A DNA stretch of 64,000 nt from positions 38,316,001 through 38,380,000 of the forward strand of contig CM052818.1 of NCBI GenBank assembly GCA_028534125.1. The letters run 5' to 3'. Position numbers and translations under genes: made by a program. Origin of the DNA: Lama glama. Taxonomy: Eukaryota. Shown here one piece after another: positions 39,809-52,445 of the stretch. Under the pieces are notes generated by a model. That model was not told the DNA's origin. It saw nothing but the letters and a program-made list of their open reading frames with translations, and ran no database searches. Position 1 is the stretch's first letter. Each line of letters begins with the position of its first letter.

Positions 39809-40922
39809 CTAGAAAACGATATAAGGTAAGTAAAGACATCCACCTGCCATAGACATTTATTAGGCTCCTGCTATGCACCAGGTACAGCGTCATCTACCAA
39901 GATGCTGCCACCTAAGAGGGACCAAAATGGTGTGCAGGGAGGCTGTGCTTCCATGTGCCACAGGCTGAGGGAACTGGACGTGATTTCTCCTTAAGCCCAT
40001 TTGGTTTGCATTATGCCAGCTCTTCCTTCTTTCCTATTCCACATCCCAGTGGCACAAAAAAGGTGATTCTTCTCCCTCAGGTTAAAGAGAATAACTGAGC
40101 AGAAGGCTATGAGGAGCCTCGCGGAAGGAAAATTCAGAAGGAATGGACAATAGACAATAACAGGCATTGAGCAGCACTGGGACCAGAGCAGTAGGCAGAT
40201 TCTCAGAAAGAGGCAGGCATTTGAAGATAAGAGAATCTTGAGCTGAGGAGCTCCGAGACAGGCAGCAAGAAGACAAACTCTCCTTTTGTTTAGCTTGAAT
40301 CACTTCTATAGAGAATTAGCTGCCGGCACTTACTTTCAAGCTTAATCACTTCCACCTTTGCTGACTTCATTTGGCAGTGCAGAAAGCTGGATAAGGAAAC
40401 CACAGGACATGCAACCTTGTAGAGACAGTAAGCTCTCTGCAGGCAGGGACAATGTCACATTTATTTTTAAATCCTCTAAACACCTGGCACATGGCCTTCT
40501 TTGCATAGAACAGGTGCTTACTAGGTGTTTTCTGGTTTTTGTTGTTGTTGTTATATGTATATGCATATAATTATTTAAGCAGTATTGCAAAGTATGTATA
40601 ACATTTTACAATATTCAGACAGCTCTCCCACCCATTGTCTTGTTTGATTCTTGCAACATTACAAAGGTAACTGGTTTTGTAACCTGGAAGCAAACAAACT
40701 AAAAGAAACTTTGTCTCACCACTGTTCCTCTAAACATAACACTGTAGAATCAGTCTTCTCTGTTGCTGGATGGATAAAATCCCAGAAAGACCCTGCAGCT
40801 TTACAGTCACTTCAAAGTTTTGAAAGCCCTAGTCTGGTCTAATATTAAAGTTTCAAGCTCTCATTTAAAATCAAATTTCTCCCCTCCCTGAGCTTGGGTT
40901 TGTGCCAGGCTCAAAAACCTAC

Positions 40923-40998
40923 ATCGGGGGTTGGAGGAGCATGAAAAATTCAGCTCTGGTTTTGCTTCACCTCCTCCCACACTGACCATTTCTGGCCT
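40923..40998 (-). pseudogene. VIRMA-like exon relic with premature stop (40950-40952)
   Basis: Long pyrimidine tract + gcag|...GAT|gtaggt; GQKWSVWEEVKQNQS*IFHAPPTPD vs VIRMA NLIEYVKQNIDNLMTPEG. Confidence 0.75.
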
Positions 40999-41317
40999 CT
41001 GCAAAATCAGGTAAAGGAAAGAAGAGATAAGAAGAGCAAGAGAAGGTCCCTCTTGTTGGGCACCGGTGTAGTCTGGGGTAACTACCTGTGCGTGTGGCAG
41101 CGGTCTGGATATGGACTTGATTCTTTCTCTCCTCTGAGGCTTTTGCGGGTGTTTGGAGACTCCCCTTCCTGCCCCCAGGCTGTTCTCTGGTGCCAACCCC
41201 AGCCAGTGCCCTCACGATCCTGCATGGCTTCCACAGCTAACAGTGCACTCTCTGCAGAGCTCATCTCACGCCCCAACATGGCACCCTTGTGGCCCTCTCA
41301 AAGCCCAATGGACATAC

Positions 41318-41360
41318 ATCAAGCTTCTTGGATCATTCTCTGAAGCCCTTGCCCACTTGA
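41318..41360 (-). pseudogene. VIRMA-like exon relic
   Basis: cttcttttcctgtcttctcttttcctcacag|...GAT|gtatgt; KWARASENDPRSL vs VIRMA KWLEPLKNLRFEI. Confidence 0.7.
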
Positions 41361-41514
41361 CTGTGAGGAAAAGAGAAGACAGGAAAAGAAGAAATGCACA
41401 GCACAAACTAACACTCTTTCTCCAAAGAACTCCTCACTTTCCTTCTCTCTTAATTCTCTCTCTTTATATATGTAAAACTTTGAGAAAGGTGATGGCCAAG
41501 AGTGACCAGCTTAC

Positions 41515-41579
41515 CATGGAGTCAATCTTTAGCACAGCCTTCCTTCTCTCTTTAGGGTTAGAGGTCCCAATATCAAAAT
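41515..41579 (-). pseudogene. VIRMA-like exon relic
   Basis: ttttgctgttgattag|...ATG|gtaagc; (D)FDIGTSNPKERRKAVLKIDSM; 1-nt frame discrepancy at the junction with the next exon. Confidence 0.65.
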
Positions 41580-42698
41580 CTAATCAACAGCAAAAGTCCT
41601 ATTTTAACAGTTTGTTTCGAAAGGTACTCCTTAAAAGATGAACGGAGTAGATGTTAATTTTCTTACTTCCGTTTCACAGGTAAGGGAACTAGGCTCTTGC
41701 CTCAGGTCACACGGCCACTCAGAGGCAGTACTAGGACTCAAACTGAAGTTGGCCTCAAGCACCACACTCTTTCCACTGCCCCGTGCTCTCGCAGCCCCCT
41801 AGCCGCACAGTGTGGCCCCTGCTCATACTAACTCAGTCAAGCACAAGACAGACCTTGCCTCGTGATACCCTGCCTAGGTTTCAAACTGGGCATACTGGTT
41901 TTCCATAGGGAAACCCTAACAAGCTGAATCTCCTGCTATAGGCAATACTACTATTGATAGTGACAGTAACAGAAAACCGCTCCATAGCACTTCCTAACCA
42001 CTAGTCTGAGCAATGATCATGTATGAATTGCATACATTAATTCATGTGATCCCTACAACGACCCCATGAGATCGACACTATTGTTACCTGACATTTTACA
42101 GCTGAGGAAAGAGATGGACTGTGAGGTTAAATATATTGTCCAAAGTCATGCTATTAACTTAGAGAGGCGGGATTTTAGCCACAATTTCTGATACAATATT
42201 CTCACACTTTAGTTTCCAGAAGAATCGTCTAGGGAACTTGTCAAAACACACATTCCAAGCCTTCTATTTGGATACTGACTATATGTAGCTTGGACTCAAT
42301 CTGCATTTCATTAAAATCCCCAGGTCACTCAGATGAAGGTCTGTATATACTTGGCCTGGTGCATCATTTACAAAGGGATAAACACAGAACTGTGAGACAT
42401 TATGGTAACTCGGCCAAGGACGGACCCTTTTACAGTTATGTGCCAAAGACAGTCAGTGTGAAAGGACAGCTGGAAATCTCCTTAGTTTGTTCTCTTCGTC
42501 TACATTCATAGTACTGTTTATTGAATAAGTGAAATGTTTGTTGAATAAATGAACCTGTTCCCAGGATCCTCAAGAGTGTGAAAAGAAGTTTACTTTTAAT
42601 ATATTTCAAAAACACATAATCTAAAAAACAGCTCACACTATTGAACAACTTTAGCAAATCCTCTGCACTACCTGCCAAGGTCAGAGTTTCGATCTCAC

Positions 42699-42719
42699 CT
42701 TCAATTATTGATAGATAGC
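42699..42719 (-). pseudogene. VIRMA-like micro-exon relic
   Basis: ctgtttctctcttctcaattatcag|...AAG|gtgaga; 21 nt, phase 1->1; (S)YLSIIE. Confidence 0.6.
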
Positions 42720-43359
42720 CTGATAATTGAGAAGAGAGAAACAGACTTTTTTCTAGCTTTGGAAAAGGAAAGTCTTTTTAATAANNNNNNNNNNNNNNNN
42801 NNNNNNNNNNNNNNNNNNNNNNNNNNNNNNNNNNNNNNNNNNNNNNNNNNNNNNNNNNNNNNNNNNNNNNNNNNNNNNNNNNNNNNNNNNNNNNNNNNNN
42901 NNNNNNNNNNNNNNNNATTATATAGTTGGTGCAGAATAAGAACTGAAGATTGTTCTTATGGCCAGAACTGGACTGAATTTTTGAACTACCTTTACCCCCA
43001 CAAGTAAACCTTCTTTCAAACTGAACTAGGAAACGCTACTGCAAGCAGGCAAGAAGGCAGGAACCTAGCCATTTTTGACTAAGACAGTCAGTGTACCATT
43101 CATAACACCACTAGTCAAGATCTGCAACAAGAATAGATTAAATTATATTACAGAGAATAAGGGGGCTTAAGCCCAGAGCACTTCAATGCACAGAGCTTGG
43201 CCAAAGGACAAGGAAGAGAGGGAGTTAATTCCTTTAATGAAGATCCAGACATGAAAGTCCTAAGGTTCTAGAAGGACTAAGTCCAGGGCTAGTGCTCCAA
43301 ATTGGGACTCAAGAGTTTGAGCAGGAAAAGCCAAGTGGCCTAAAAGCACAATTACTTAC

Positions 43360-43393
43360 TCATGACATGGAGACCAAAGATACCAGTGGACTT
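43360..43393 (-). pseudogene. VIRMA-like micro-exon relic
   Basis: cttattgacag|...GA|gtaagt; 34 nt, phase 0->1; KSTGIFGLHVM; in phase with the next two exons. Confidence 0.6.
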
Positions 43394-44486
43394 CTGTCAA
43401 TAAGATTTCAACTGTTGCTCAGCTCTGATCACGTTACCCTTAAGCATGACCCAAAATATCATATGACTTAGGACTAATTACTCTTCAAACTTCTTCAGCT
43501 CACTCTGAATTAAAATGTTTTAAGGAACTCTTCCAAATGCAAGAGCAAGCATGGGTCATCAACGCAGATTTGCCTTCCCACCATCTGCCTGTCTCTTTAC
43601 TGACTGTTGGGCTTTGCCCCCCTTCACAGGCACTTCTGACTATGTGATGGATGAATGTACTTCCAGGCTTTCAAGGTGACCTTGGAGAAGTTACTGTCTC
43701 AATGACACACACAACAGACACTGACAGAACAAGTGAAGGTCAAGTAGACAAATGACGTTGTTACTTTCTCTCATCTCCCTGGCCTGTCGCTCAACCACTG
43801 ACACGGGGGAAAGGAGCCCCAGAAGGACCTGTTAGTTAGAGTCATGCTGGTTCTACCTGAGTCTTGGGACTTCTAGGTGATCGAAAATTAATGAGTGGTT
43901 TGTCTAATGTCTTTACCAACCACTGGGATTAAGCTACAAATCAGGAATTGTGATAATCTCTTATTTTCCACTATGAAATATAGAAACTATTATTTTAATA
44001 TATTGTTCAGAAGAACTATTTAAGCTAAATAAGGATTTTATCTAGGATTAACAAAGTGAATATTTTGGAAAATTTTTGCTTTTGGGGTACTAAAACAAAG
44101 CAGTCAGCTTCTGGATCTTTTCCCCTGTTAGATCAATAGCCCAGTGAAAGAAAACTCTACATAAATATATATACATTAATGTTTTCTTTCTACTGAAATA
44201 CATATTTATCATATATGTATTCATAAGCTTTCATGCAGGCTGTCAGACATGGAAAATTAGCTTTTGTGTTTACTAACTCCTCCATAGGAAAGAAGTCCCT
44301 CATGTGTTAAACAAAAGGGAGCTTTATTGTTTATGAGATTGAAAAATAAAGGTTGCCATGGCTTTAAGATCTGGTGATTGGTAATCAGTTTTTATAAATG
44401 ACCATGAATCATTTTTGTGCTGGCTGGGCTTTGTTTGGAATGTGAGATGGCTGTTCTGTCTTGCAAGTAAGGAATTATTAATGTAC

Positions 44487-44719
44487 CCTCCCTGGAGGGT
44501 TTCCATTTCACCCATACAAATAGCTGTATATCTACCAANNNNNNNNNNNNNNNNNNNNNNNNNNNNNNNNNNNNNNNNNNNNNNNNNNNNNNNNNNNNNN
44601 NNNNNNNNNNNNNNNNNNNNNNNNNNNNNNNNNNNNNNNNNNNNNNNNNNNNNNNNNNNNNNNNNNNNNNNNNNNNNNCAGACAAAAGGCATTGCCACCA
44701 AGGAGCCAGGAATGCAGTC
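44487..44719 (-). pseudogene. VIRMA-like exon relic(s) spanning N gap 44539-44678
   Basis: ttggacag|GLHSWLLGGNAFCL...[gap]...LVDIQLFVWVKW. Weak match to VIRMA KGLLFFMSEYEATNL...DDAFALWLQ at the expected colinear position. Confidence 0.4.
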
Positions 44720-46374
44720 CTGTCCAATTTAAATAATCACTCCTTTCTGTCATGTTTTACAAAGAGATGTATTCAAACATGCTCTTTGAGCATTTCTATA
44801 TTCTCTTCTCAGTTTTCACAAATATGAGCAGGCAAATACCCACCCCCACCCCGTTTGTATGTTTTTGTCACTTGAAAAAAATATAATCTTGGCAATTGTC
44901 TTATTATAAAAATGAGAGGGCTTTCTCCTATGATAAACAGGACAAAGGCCTGGCTCACATATTCAGTTCAGAACCTCACATTCCTCCTCTTCTCAACAAA
45001 TAAGGCAGGAAGTAAAGTCCAAGATAATAAGAAGTTCATGGTCAATCTGATCATGTCATTTGCCTTGTTAAAACCTTTTGTTGATTACCCATATCCATAT
45101 GGCCCAAACTTCTTAGTATGGCTTACAAAGGCTTTTCATGACTTACTCCTTAATGACCTCTCCAATTTCTTCTCCCAGTTCCCTTTTGCCAACTCCTCGG
45201 GTTCCCCAGGCACTCATTTGAACGCCTTTCAATTCTGGGAATGCAGGACTTTCAATATTTATCTTTCTCTCTCTCTCTGCCTCTCCCTCTCTCCCTCTGC
45301 CTCTCTCTATGATCTAAGACTACACAAACCCATAAGCAGTGGTGCTGGCTGAAGCCCTGCAGGCAAAAAGGGTATACTAAATAAGTTACACGTGCCTATT
45401 CCTGTGGAAGTGAACTAGCCTCTTAGGATGACAGGGGCCCAATGCTGTCATACTGCTATCAAATGACCACTTGATATTTTCAAGGAATGCTGCTTATCTG
45501 GATGCTCAGGATTGGTCTCTGTCGCTGGCAGAATGGACAGTTGGCAGGGGCAATAGACAGATTAATCTTGGAAAGTCAGAACTCACGCTGTTGAACTCCT
45601 GTGTATCCTCCATCTCTGCCACAGCAGCCACTCTGTTCATGTGTCCATCATGCCAATATTCAGGTGGCTGATGACAGAGGCTGCCTGGCATCGAGTGGCT
45701 AAGTTTGCCCACTTGGTTGTCTAGTGTCTCTTCTGTTACGGATGTTCTCTGTGGGTATTAACGTGCACTATAAAAATCTTCACACATCATGACGACTCCC
45801 ATTTGTCCATCCATATGTCATTAACCCAGACTTCTTTGTTCTTAACCTTTCCATCTGTTTCTATTCACCACTGCCCATGAGCCCATACATATTAAACCTT
45901 GGAACTATTTCTCTTTCATACAAAATGGACAGCCAAATGTATTATCCAAAACTCTTAGAATTAGGAGAATTTTCCCTCACTGCTATCTTTCAAGGCCACC
46001 CTGAGGCTGCAGTGTTGCTGCTGCCTGTTTTTAGCTTCTACTCACAAGACGAGTTGACCCATTTTCAAACCAAGGTCAGTCTTTTTGTCCCTCCTTCAAC
46101 TGTGTGGGACTCCTACACTGCCACAGGCCTGAGCTGAGGGAGAGTCACTAATGCAGCAGTGGTGGATGTCACAGGGTATGGGCAACCTGCTCTGGTACTT
46201 GCCTGTGCCTCAATTTGCCTTTCAAATTTTTAAACATACACCTACTTGAAAACTGAAATAGCAGACTCATGACATAGGTATTTTTTAATGTTTTACCTCT
46301 CTCAAAGAAAAGTTTTATCTTGATATGAAAAATTAGTTTCAAAGACTGTGAATGAATGGTGCTTCAACTATGTT

Positions 46375-47200
46375 AAGTCAAAACTACAATGAGGTCTCAC
46401 TTCACTCCGGTCAGAATGGCCATCATTAAAAAGCCCACAAACAGTAAATGCTGGAGAGGGTGTGGAGAAAAGGAAACGCTCCTATACTATTGGTGGGAAT
46501 GTAATTTGTTGCAGCCACTATGTAAAACAGTATAGAGCTTCCTTAAAAAACTAAAAATATATTTACCATATGATCCAGCAATCCCACTCCTGGGCATATA
46601 TCCTGAAAAGATAAAATCTCTAATTCAAAAAGATATATGCAGTCAATGTTCATAGCAGCATTATTTACAACAACAAAGACATGGAAGTAACTTAAATGTT
46701 CATCGACAGATGATTGGAAAAAGAAGATGTGGTATCCACATACAATGGAATAAAACTCAAGCCATAAAAATGAATAAAATAACGCCATTTGCAGCAACAT
46801 GGATGGACCTAGAGATTATCATACTAAGTGACTAAGTCAGACAGAGAAAGACAAATATCTTATGACATCATTTATATGTGGAATCTTTAAAAATGACACA
46901 AATGAACTTATTTGCAAAACAGAAAGAGACTCACAAACATATAAAACAAACTTATAGTTACCAAAGGGGAATGGGAGGAGGAGGGATAATTAGTGATATG
47001 GCTTGTAGTACTAAATACTGTATATAAAATAGATAAACAGCAAGGTCCTACGTATAGCACAGGGAAATATGTATTCAGTATCTTATAATAACCTATAATG
47101 AAAAACTCTATATATTTGTGTGTGTAACTAAAGCACTATGTACACCAGAAACTAATACAACATTGTACATCAACTAACTTTCAATATAAAAAAAGAAAAA
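46375..47200 (+). mobile_element. Artiodactyl/camelid L1 3' end
   Basis: aaaactacaatgagg...gcagcaacatggatggacctagagattatc; A-rich tail. Confidence 0.9.
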
Positions 47201-48530
47201 GGAAAAAACTGGATTTACTGAAATTTTAAAATAAGACATTGATATTTCCCTGTAGATTTATCCCACTGTATGATACATACTGAAAATATTTGTGTTTAGT
47301 TTTCTGAAGCAAACTCTAGCAAAAGTACCACTGAAATAGTTGTTAAAATTATGCAGCATATATGTACCAAAATCCACACCAGTTTATCAAACTTCTGAGA
47401 AAAAATGGAAGACAATAAATTTAATGATCTTATACTCATTGGTTAAGTCATAGAAGAGTTATACAAAGATTTCCTGAGCTATAAATGTCAATACTAATTA
47501 ACTGTAAACTCCTTGAGACAAAAAGAGTGCTTTCCAATTATTTAATAATCAAAGGTAACAAAACGTAATGCATGTATTTTCTCATTGATATCACACCACA
47601 TATGAGTAAACTAACTTTGAAGCTCTGAGGAAAGGAAAAGTTTATGACCCAGCTGTACTTGTATGCAAATTTGTGTTGAAATTGAAAACTTTTGTAATAT
47701 AAATCAATAAAAATTATTTTATATATTTTTCAACATAATCAATATGATCATTTTAACTGTACTTGACAATGTTATTAAATAGTTAATAAAAACTATAAAA
47801 AACTTTGAAGAACACTTTTGACCTTAATAAATTTAGAGTTGCTTTTCAATTTTGGATTTAGTTTTAATAATAATGAGTTGACAAATAATTAATTTACTTC
47901 ATTTTAACAATCATAGTTTTAAAGCTGATGCACATTTGGTTCAAAGTCAACTCAATTCTTTAAAAAAGATAAACCAGTCTTATTAACATGGATACAAATA
48001 TTAAAGGAAATTTTTTTTGATAGTTGATTCAGTTATTGGCTAACTTTTAAGCATATTTGCAACAACTTATGTATGTGAATCTGTGTTTTCAACTATAAAT
48101 TTTATGAGATCAAGGTTATCCCAAGAAAATTTAACATCTGAATTGAGATATGCAGTAAGTATAAAACACATCAAAGGAGGAGGGTATAGCTGAGTGGTAA
48201 AGTGTGTGCCTAGCAAGCACAAGGTGCTGGGTTCAATCCCCAGTATCTCCATCAAAATAAATAAATAAACCTAATTACTTCCCCCCCCAACAAAAAAAAA
48301 TAAAATAAAAAAACATAAAACACATCAAAAGTACAGAAAACTTTTTACAAATAAATCTCACAAATAATTTTTATATTGATTCCATGCTAGAGTGATAATA
48401 TTTTGGAAATCTTGGGTTAAATAAAATAAATTATTAAAATTAATTCATCTGTTTCCTTTTACTTTTTTAATGTGGCTGTTAGAAAATATAAATTATATAT
48501 GCAACTCACATGTTATTTATATTGGACAGC
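47200..48530 (-). mobile_element. hAT-Charlie (MER33/Charlie5-like) DNA transposon; left boundary uncertain
   Basis: tttttaatgtggct...atattggacagc terminus. Confidence 0.65.
48176..48314 (+). mobile_element. Camelid tRNA-derived SINE (Vic-1 type)
   Basis: A box tagctgagtgg, B box ggttcaatccc, aaataaataaacctaattac tail; perfect 15-bp TSD ataaaacacatcaaa (48161-48175, 48315-48329). Confidence 0.9.
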
Positions 48531-50739
48531 TCTGGTCCAGAGTTCCTCAGCCTATATTATAACAAAGAGTGGGAAAGTTAGCACAGCCCTGGAGCAAAAT
48601 TGTAAATATACGCAGTTATCCATTCCATACGATGCGAATGTGAGCTGTTTCTGATCCTTCCTTGTGATAGTGACAGAAAAGAGCCTGTCACCAAATCAGT
48701 GGTTGCATACTATGTATCTAAGTCTACATTAACCTGCTCTAGCAAAGATAACACACCTGGCAAGGCAGCTGTGACTGGGGCTACTGCTTTATTCAGCTTG
48801 TAGTAATCTCCCTTCATTCTCCAAGTTTCATACAGTTTTTGTAAGGACTGGACTCATGCATTAAATGGAAATATGATGAGGGCCACCACCTGCATCCCTC
48901 AGATGCTTTAAGTATGACACTAATCTCAACCATCCCATCCAGAAAGCATAATTGGGTCTGACTCACTATCTTGGCTGGAGGGGAATAGAGGGTAAGGGAC
49001 AGGTCAGAGATTTTCTCTATAGCAGCTTTGACTCCACAGACTAATGAATCAATATGGTGGCTGCACCTACTGCCAAGTATGTCAAACCAATTGTATATCT
49101 GAGGATGGGAAAATGAATATCAGATCTTGTCCTGGACCCCACATGCCCCTTTTCTAACAGGAGGACCATATGATTTGGGTCTCTGGAAATTAATATCAAC
49201 TCAAGTCCTGTGTGCAGCAGTCCTTGGAATGTCTTGATATTCCTCTTTCCCTAGAGTATGGTTATCCATGTAAGTGATCTCAGCTGTCTTTGGAGAAGGT
49301 CTCGGGAAACCATTACTGTGCACATATGCCATGGTGCTACATGGTCCTTCTTAGAGGCTTAGCCACCTCTTCAGGCAATAATGTCGGTTCTGGATGAACT
49401 TTAATATAACAGACTTGCCAACAGACTTAACAGTTTTTGAAGTTCAACCACTATCACTATGAAGTTCTAGCTCAGTTCTTAGTTTTGAAAATATGATCTT
49501 CTTTGTATATAACCAAAGATGCCCTCTGGCTGTCATACTTGGCTTTCTACTGCCTTTACTCACCTTCAGCTGATCATTATCTTTCTGTACAGCATCAGTA
49601 TTAATTAGCAAAAGCCATCTAATCCTATCATCTTAATAGAAACTATTTACTGATCTCATACAGTGATCTCAAAAGTCTATTACATTCTGCATGCTAGTAC
49701 ATTTCCTTCCACCAGTTCACCATTTCACTTCACCATCAGTGAAATTTTTAACAAGTGGACTGATACATTTGGCCAAGGGCTATCTGTGCACCAGTGATTT
49801 GGGTCTATTGCACCCTGATGCCTAGTGATCTAAAACTGCATGATATCATCTGCTTTCCTGGACCACTCTCAGTATTAACTTTCACAGGTTGGATTCTTTG
49901 GAAGCAGATGCCAAGATGAAGAGATGGAGTTTTGTGTGGAAACTGTTGCTTCCCAGAGGAGATGGAATTGGAGCTGGGCCTTAGAATACAGGATTGAGAC
50001 AGGAGAGAGAGATATGGAGACTATTCCATGGATTTTTTTTTTCTATAGAGTAGGGACAAAATAAATCAGTGCTTTGACAAGACTGGTTTTGTGAGCAGGA
50101 TAGATTTGAGGATGTGAGGAAAAGGAATTAGGGACCAGTCACATGGCAGTGGAATCAAAAGAGAAAGAGTGAAAACAGTAAAACAAAAAAACAATTTCAA
50201 AGAAAGAACTGGCATGATCTAGAAACAGTCTGAATGAGATAGAGAAAGATTTGGGGCCTGGAATGTTCAGCATGATAAGGTCACCTCTGAGAGAGAATGA
50301 GAGTTTGGGAAGACAGATAATGAGTTGAGATTCCAAATGAGTTTCCTGAGATGACAATAATTGTACATTTTAGGAAAGGTGTTCTATAGGTATTTCTCTA
50401 GTTGTAAGAATCTGGATTCTAGGTCAGAGAAAAGAATGGGCCATAGAGCTTTGGAAAAAAATAATGAAAGCCTGAAAGACAAATGTTTGAAAGGGTCCAC
50501 AAGCTTGAGAGTTGAGTATTGGGGAACACTCAGTGAGGGGCCAGAGGAGGAAAACAGAAGGAGCTACCCAGAAAGGAGGAACCCAAGCAGTGCCCAGAGG
50601 GTGCCATGGGAGGAGAATCTCCTAGAGACAGCTCATCAGTGAGGCAAACCTACTACAACTCCCAGGAGCCAATCTGCACAAGTACTACACTGATATCTAA
50701 TTTTTCCCAATTAATTTTTTAATGTTTTTTCATTCATTA

Positions 50740-50798
50740 TTTATGATAAATGTTGCCAGATCTTTGATTCTGTCTTCCCTCAAGGTTAGAGCTTATTC
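50740..50798 (-). pseudogene. VIRMA-like exon relic (3' end lost or uncertain)
   Basis: ttttctcttttcgtgtatttaaag| then ISSNLEGRQNQRSGN vs VIRMA MEAFLRGRQNEKSGY. Confidence 0.6.
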
Positions 50799-50879
50799 CT
50801 TTAAATACACGAAAAGAGAAAATGTGTCTTTGCTGAGGAAGTCTCTGAAAAGATCTGGAGATTAAAGTCTTTTCAGGGT

Positions 50880-51069
50880 GAATTTTTTTGGCCACTGCAA
50901 CATCCTATCTAGATATACGATCATTATACACCAATTTGAGTGGTCAGTAATGCAACCAACAGCTTGTGCCCAGGATACAGATCTCCACAGATGCTCTATG
51001 GCTTTGTACGCTTGATCTTTGTTCAGATATAAGGCCAACTGGCAGCACCACAAAGCTATGGCTCCAGTT
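50880..51069 (-). pseudogene. VIRMA-like exon relic (donor uncertain)
   Basis: tttgtgcatag| then TGAIALWCCQLALYLNKDQAYKAIEHL...DHSNWCIMIVYLDRML vs VIRMA LGQLVDWTMQALNL...NVRQL...DHVSSSLKLNAFKALDSVI. Confidence 0.55.
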
Positions 51070-52277
51070 CTATGCACAAAATCCACTTAGGGGAACTGGT
51101 AGCCTCTTATTTTCACATTTAATAAAAGTATGCACGGCTAATCCTCTCTAAAAACTTGAGCAACCCTCTCCTTCCAGCAGTTTTAGAAACCCTACAGCCA
51201 TCAAAACCCACACGCCTTCTATCCACATTAAATTCAGTTACCCAGTCAGTCTGCAGCTACCCCTTTCTTTCCTAAATCTGCATTCTCCAGACCCCAGTCC
51301 AGCTCCACATGGTCTAGGTCTTTCCAACAACAGCTCCTTTCCCCTCTTGCCTTATTTAAAATGTGGCTTTATCCTGGGGAATCACTCCTGCTTCCCTCTC
51401 AATTTGAGACAAATCATTCTTGCACATCCTCTGCTAACTGCTCAATTTTATTTCTGGACTATTTCTCCACTGTTTTCTTGCAAAAGCCCTCTGCTCCTTT
51501 TAGATTTGTGTCATTCTGTTTATGGACCACTTTATGCCCCTCATCATCATCATCCATCCACTCCCACATCATGCCTCAGTCAACAGAGGCTGTAGCAGAT
51601 GGCCCGCTGTTCTCGCCTCTACCTAGAACTCTCCCAGGCCCACCTGGGTGGCCTTCCAGCAGTGCATTCACTCAGTCTGTGTCCCCTCCGCTGGCTTCCT
51701 CCATTTCTCTTCCCCATTCTACATCATGGGCAGTTTATTATTGCCAATAACCATTCCACTTGTAAAATGAAAAATAAATTAGACACTGCCTTCTGAGCAC
51801 CACATTCTTACAAGTGATCCCTCCCACACTTCCCACAACCAATCTTCAATCCCATGGAGCTTTTCAGTCCGTTCACACCAGCACCTCTAAGTCGATATGG
51901 TCTCCTTCTCCTCTTCACTTTCTTTCTTAAAGAGTTTAAACTCATTTAGTTTCTTTCTTGACAATATTTTCAACTCTCTTGCCAATAAATATCCTAATTT
52001 GGACTATCATCACCTCTTTTCTAAACTACTGAAACAGCTAATTGATCCCAAAGATTCTCCAATCAATTCTCTAGAGTAACTTTCCTTAACTGCAAACCTG
52101 ATCACATCATCGCCCTGTTTTCAATATTTCAGAAGTTCCCCTATCCTGAGATTGCTTACAAGGACCTGCTTGGTGTGGCCACTGCTTTCATCTCAAAAGT
52201 CCTCTCCTCCAACTCCCCTTCACTAACTTCTGCTTCCACCCTACACCTATACTCAAGGACTTTCAGTTCTGGAAATA

Positions 52278-52445
52278 TATCTCCTCTCCTCCTCTTCCCT
52301 TCTCCCCTCCCATATCCTCCTCTCTCCTCCCCTCCCATATCCTCCTCTCTCCTCCCCTCTCCTCTCCTTCCCTCCCTTCCCTTCCCTTTTCTCATTCTTT
52401 ACTTTCCCTCTCCTCCCCTCCTGTTCTCTCCCTTTTCCCCTCCCT
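52278..52445 (+). repeat. Pyrimidine-rich (CCTCT-type) low-complexity tract
   Basis: About 170 nt of almost pure C/T. Confidence 0.9.

Larger units (their letters stand above)
45400..49925 (-). mobile_element. MaLR/ERVL internal sequence plus LTR remnant (45400-46205, 48531-49925), split by nested inserts
   Basis: Minus-strand degenerate protease (GLL.TG.ELILI..DP) and RNase H (ALKDSSE) motifs. Confidence 0.7.

Noticed and set aside
14221-44753. Long ORFs containing X runs
   Set aside because: Artifacts of translating through N gaps.
48176-48250. tRNA-like sequence
   Set aside because: It is a SINE head with an A-rich tail and a 15-bp TSD.
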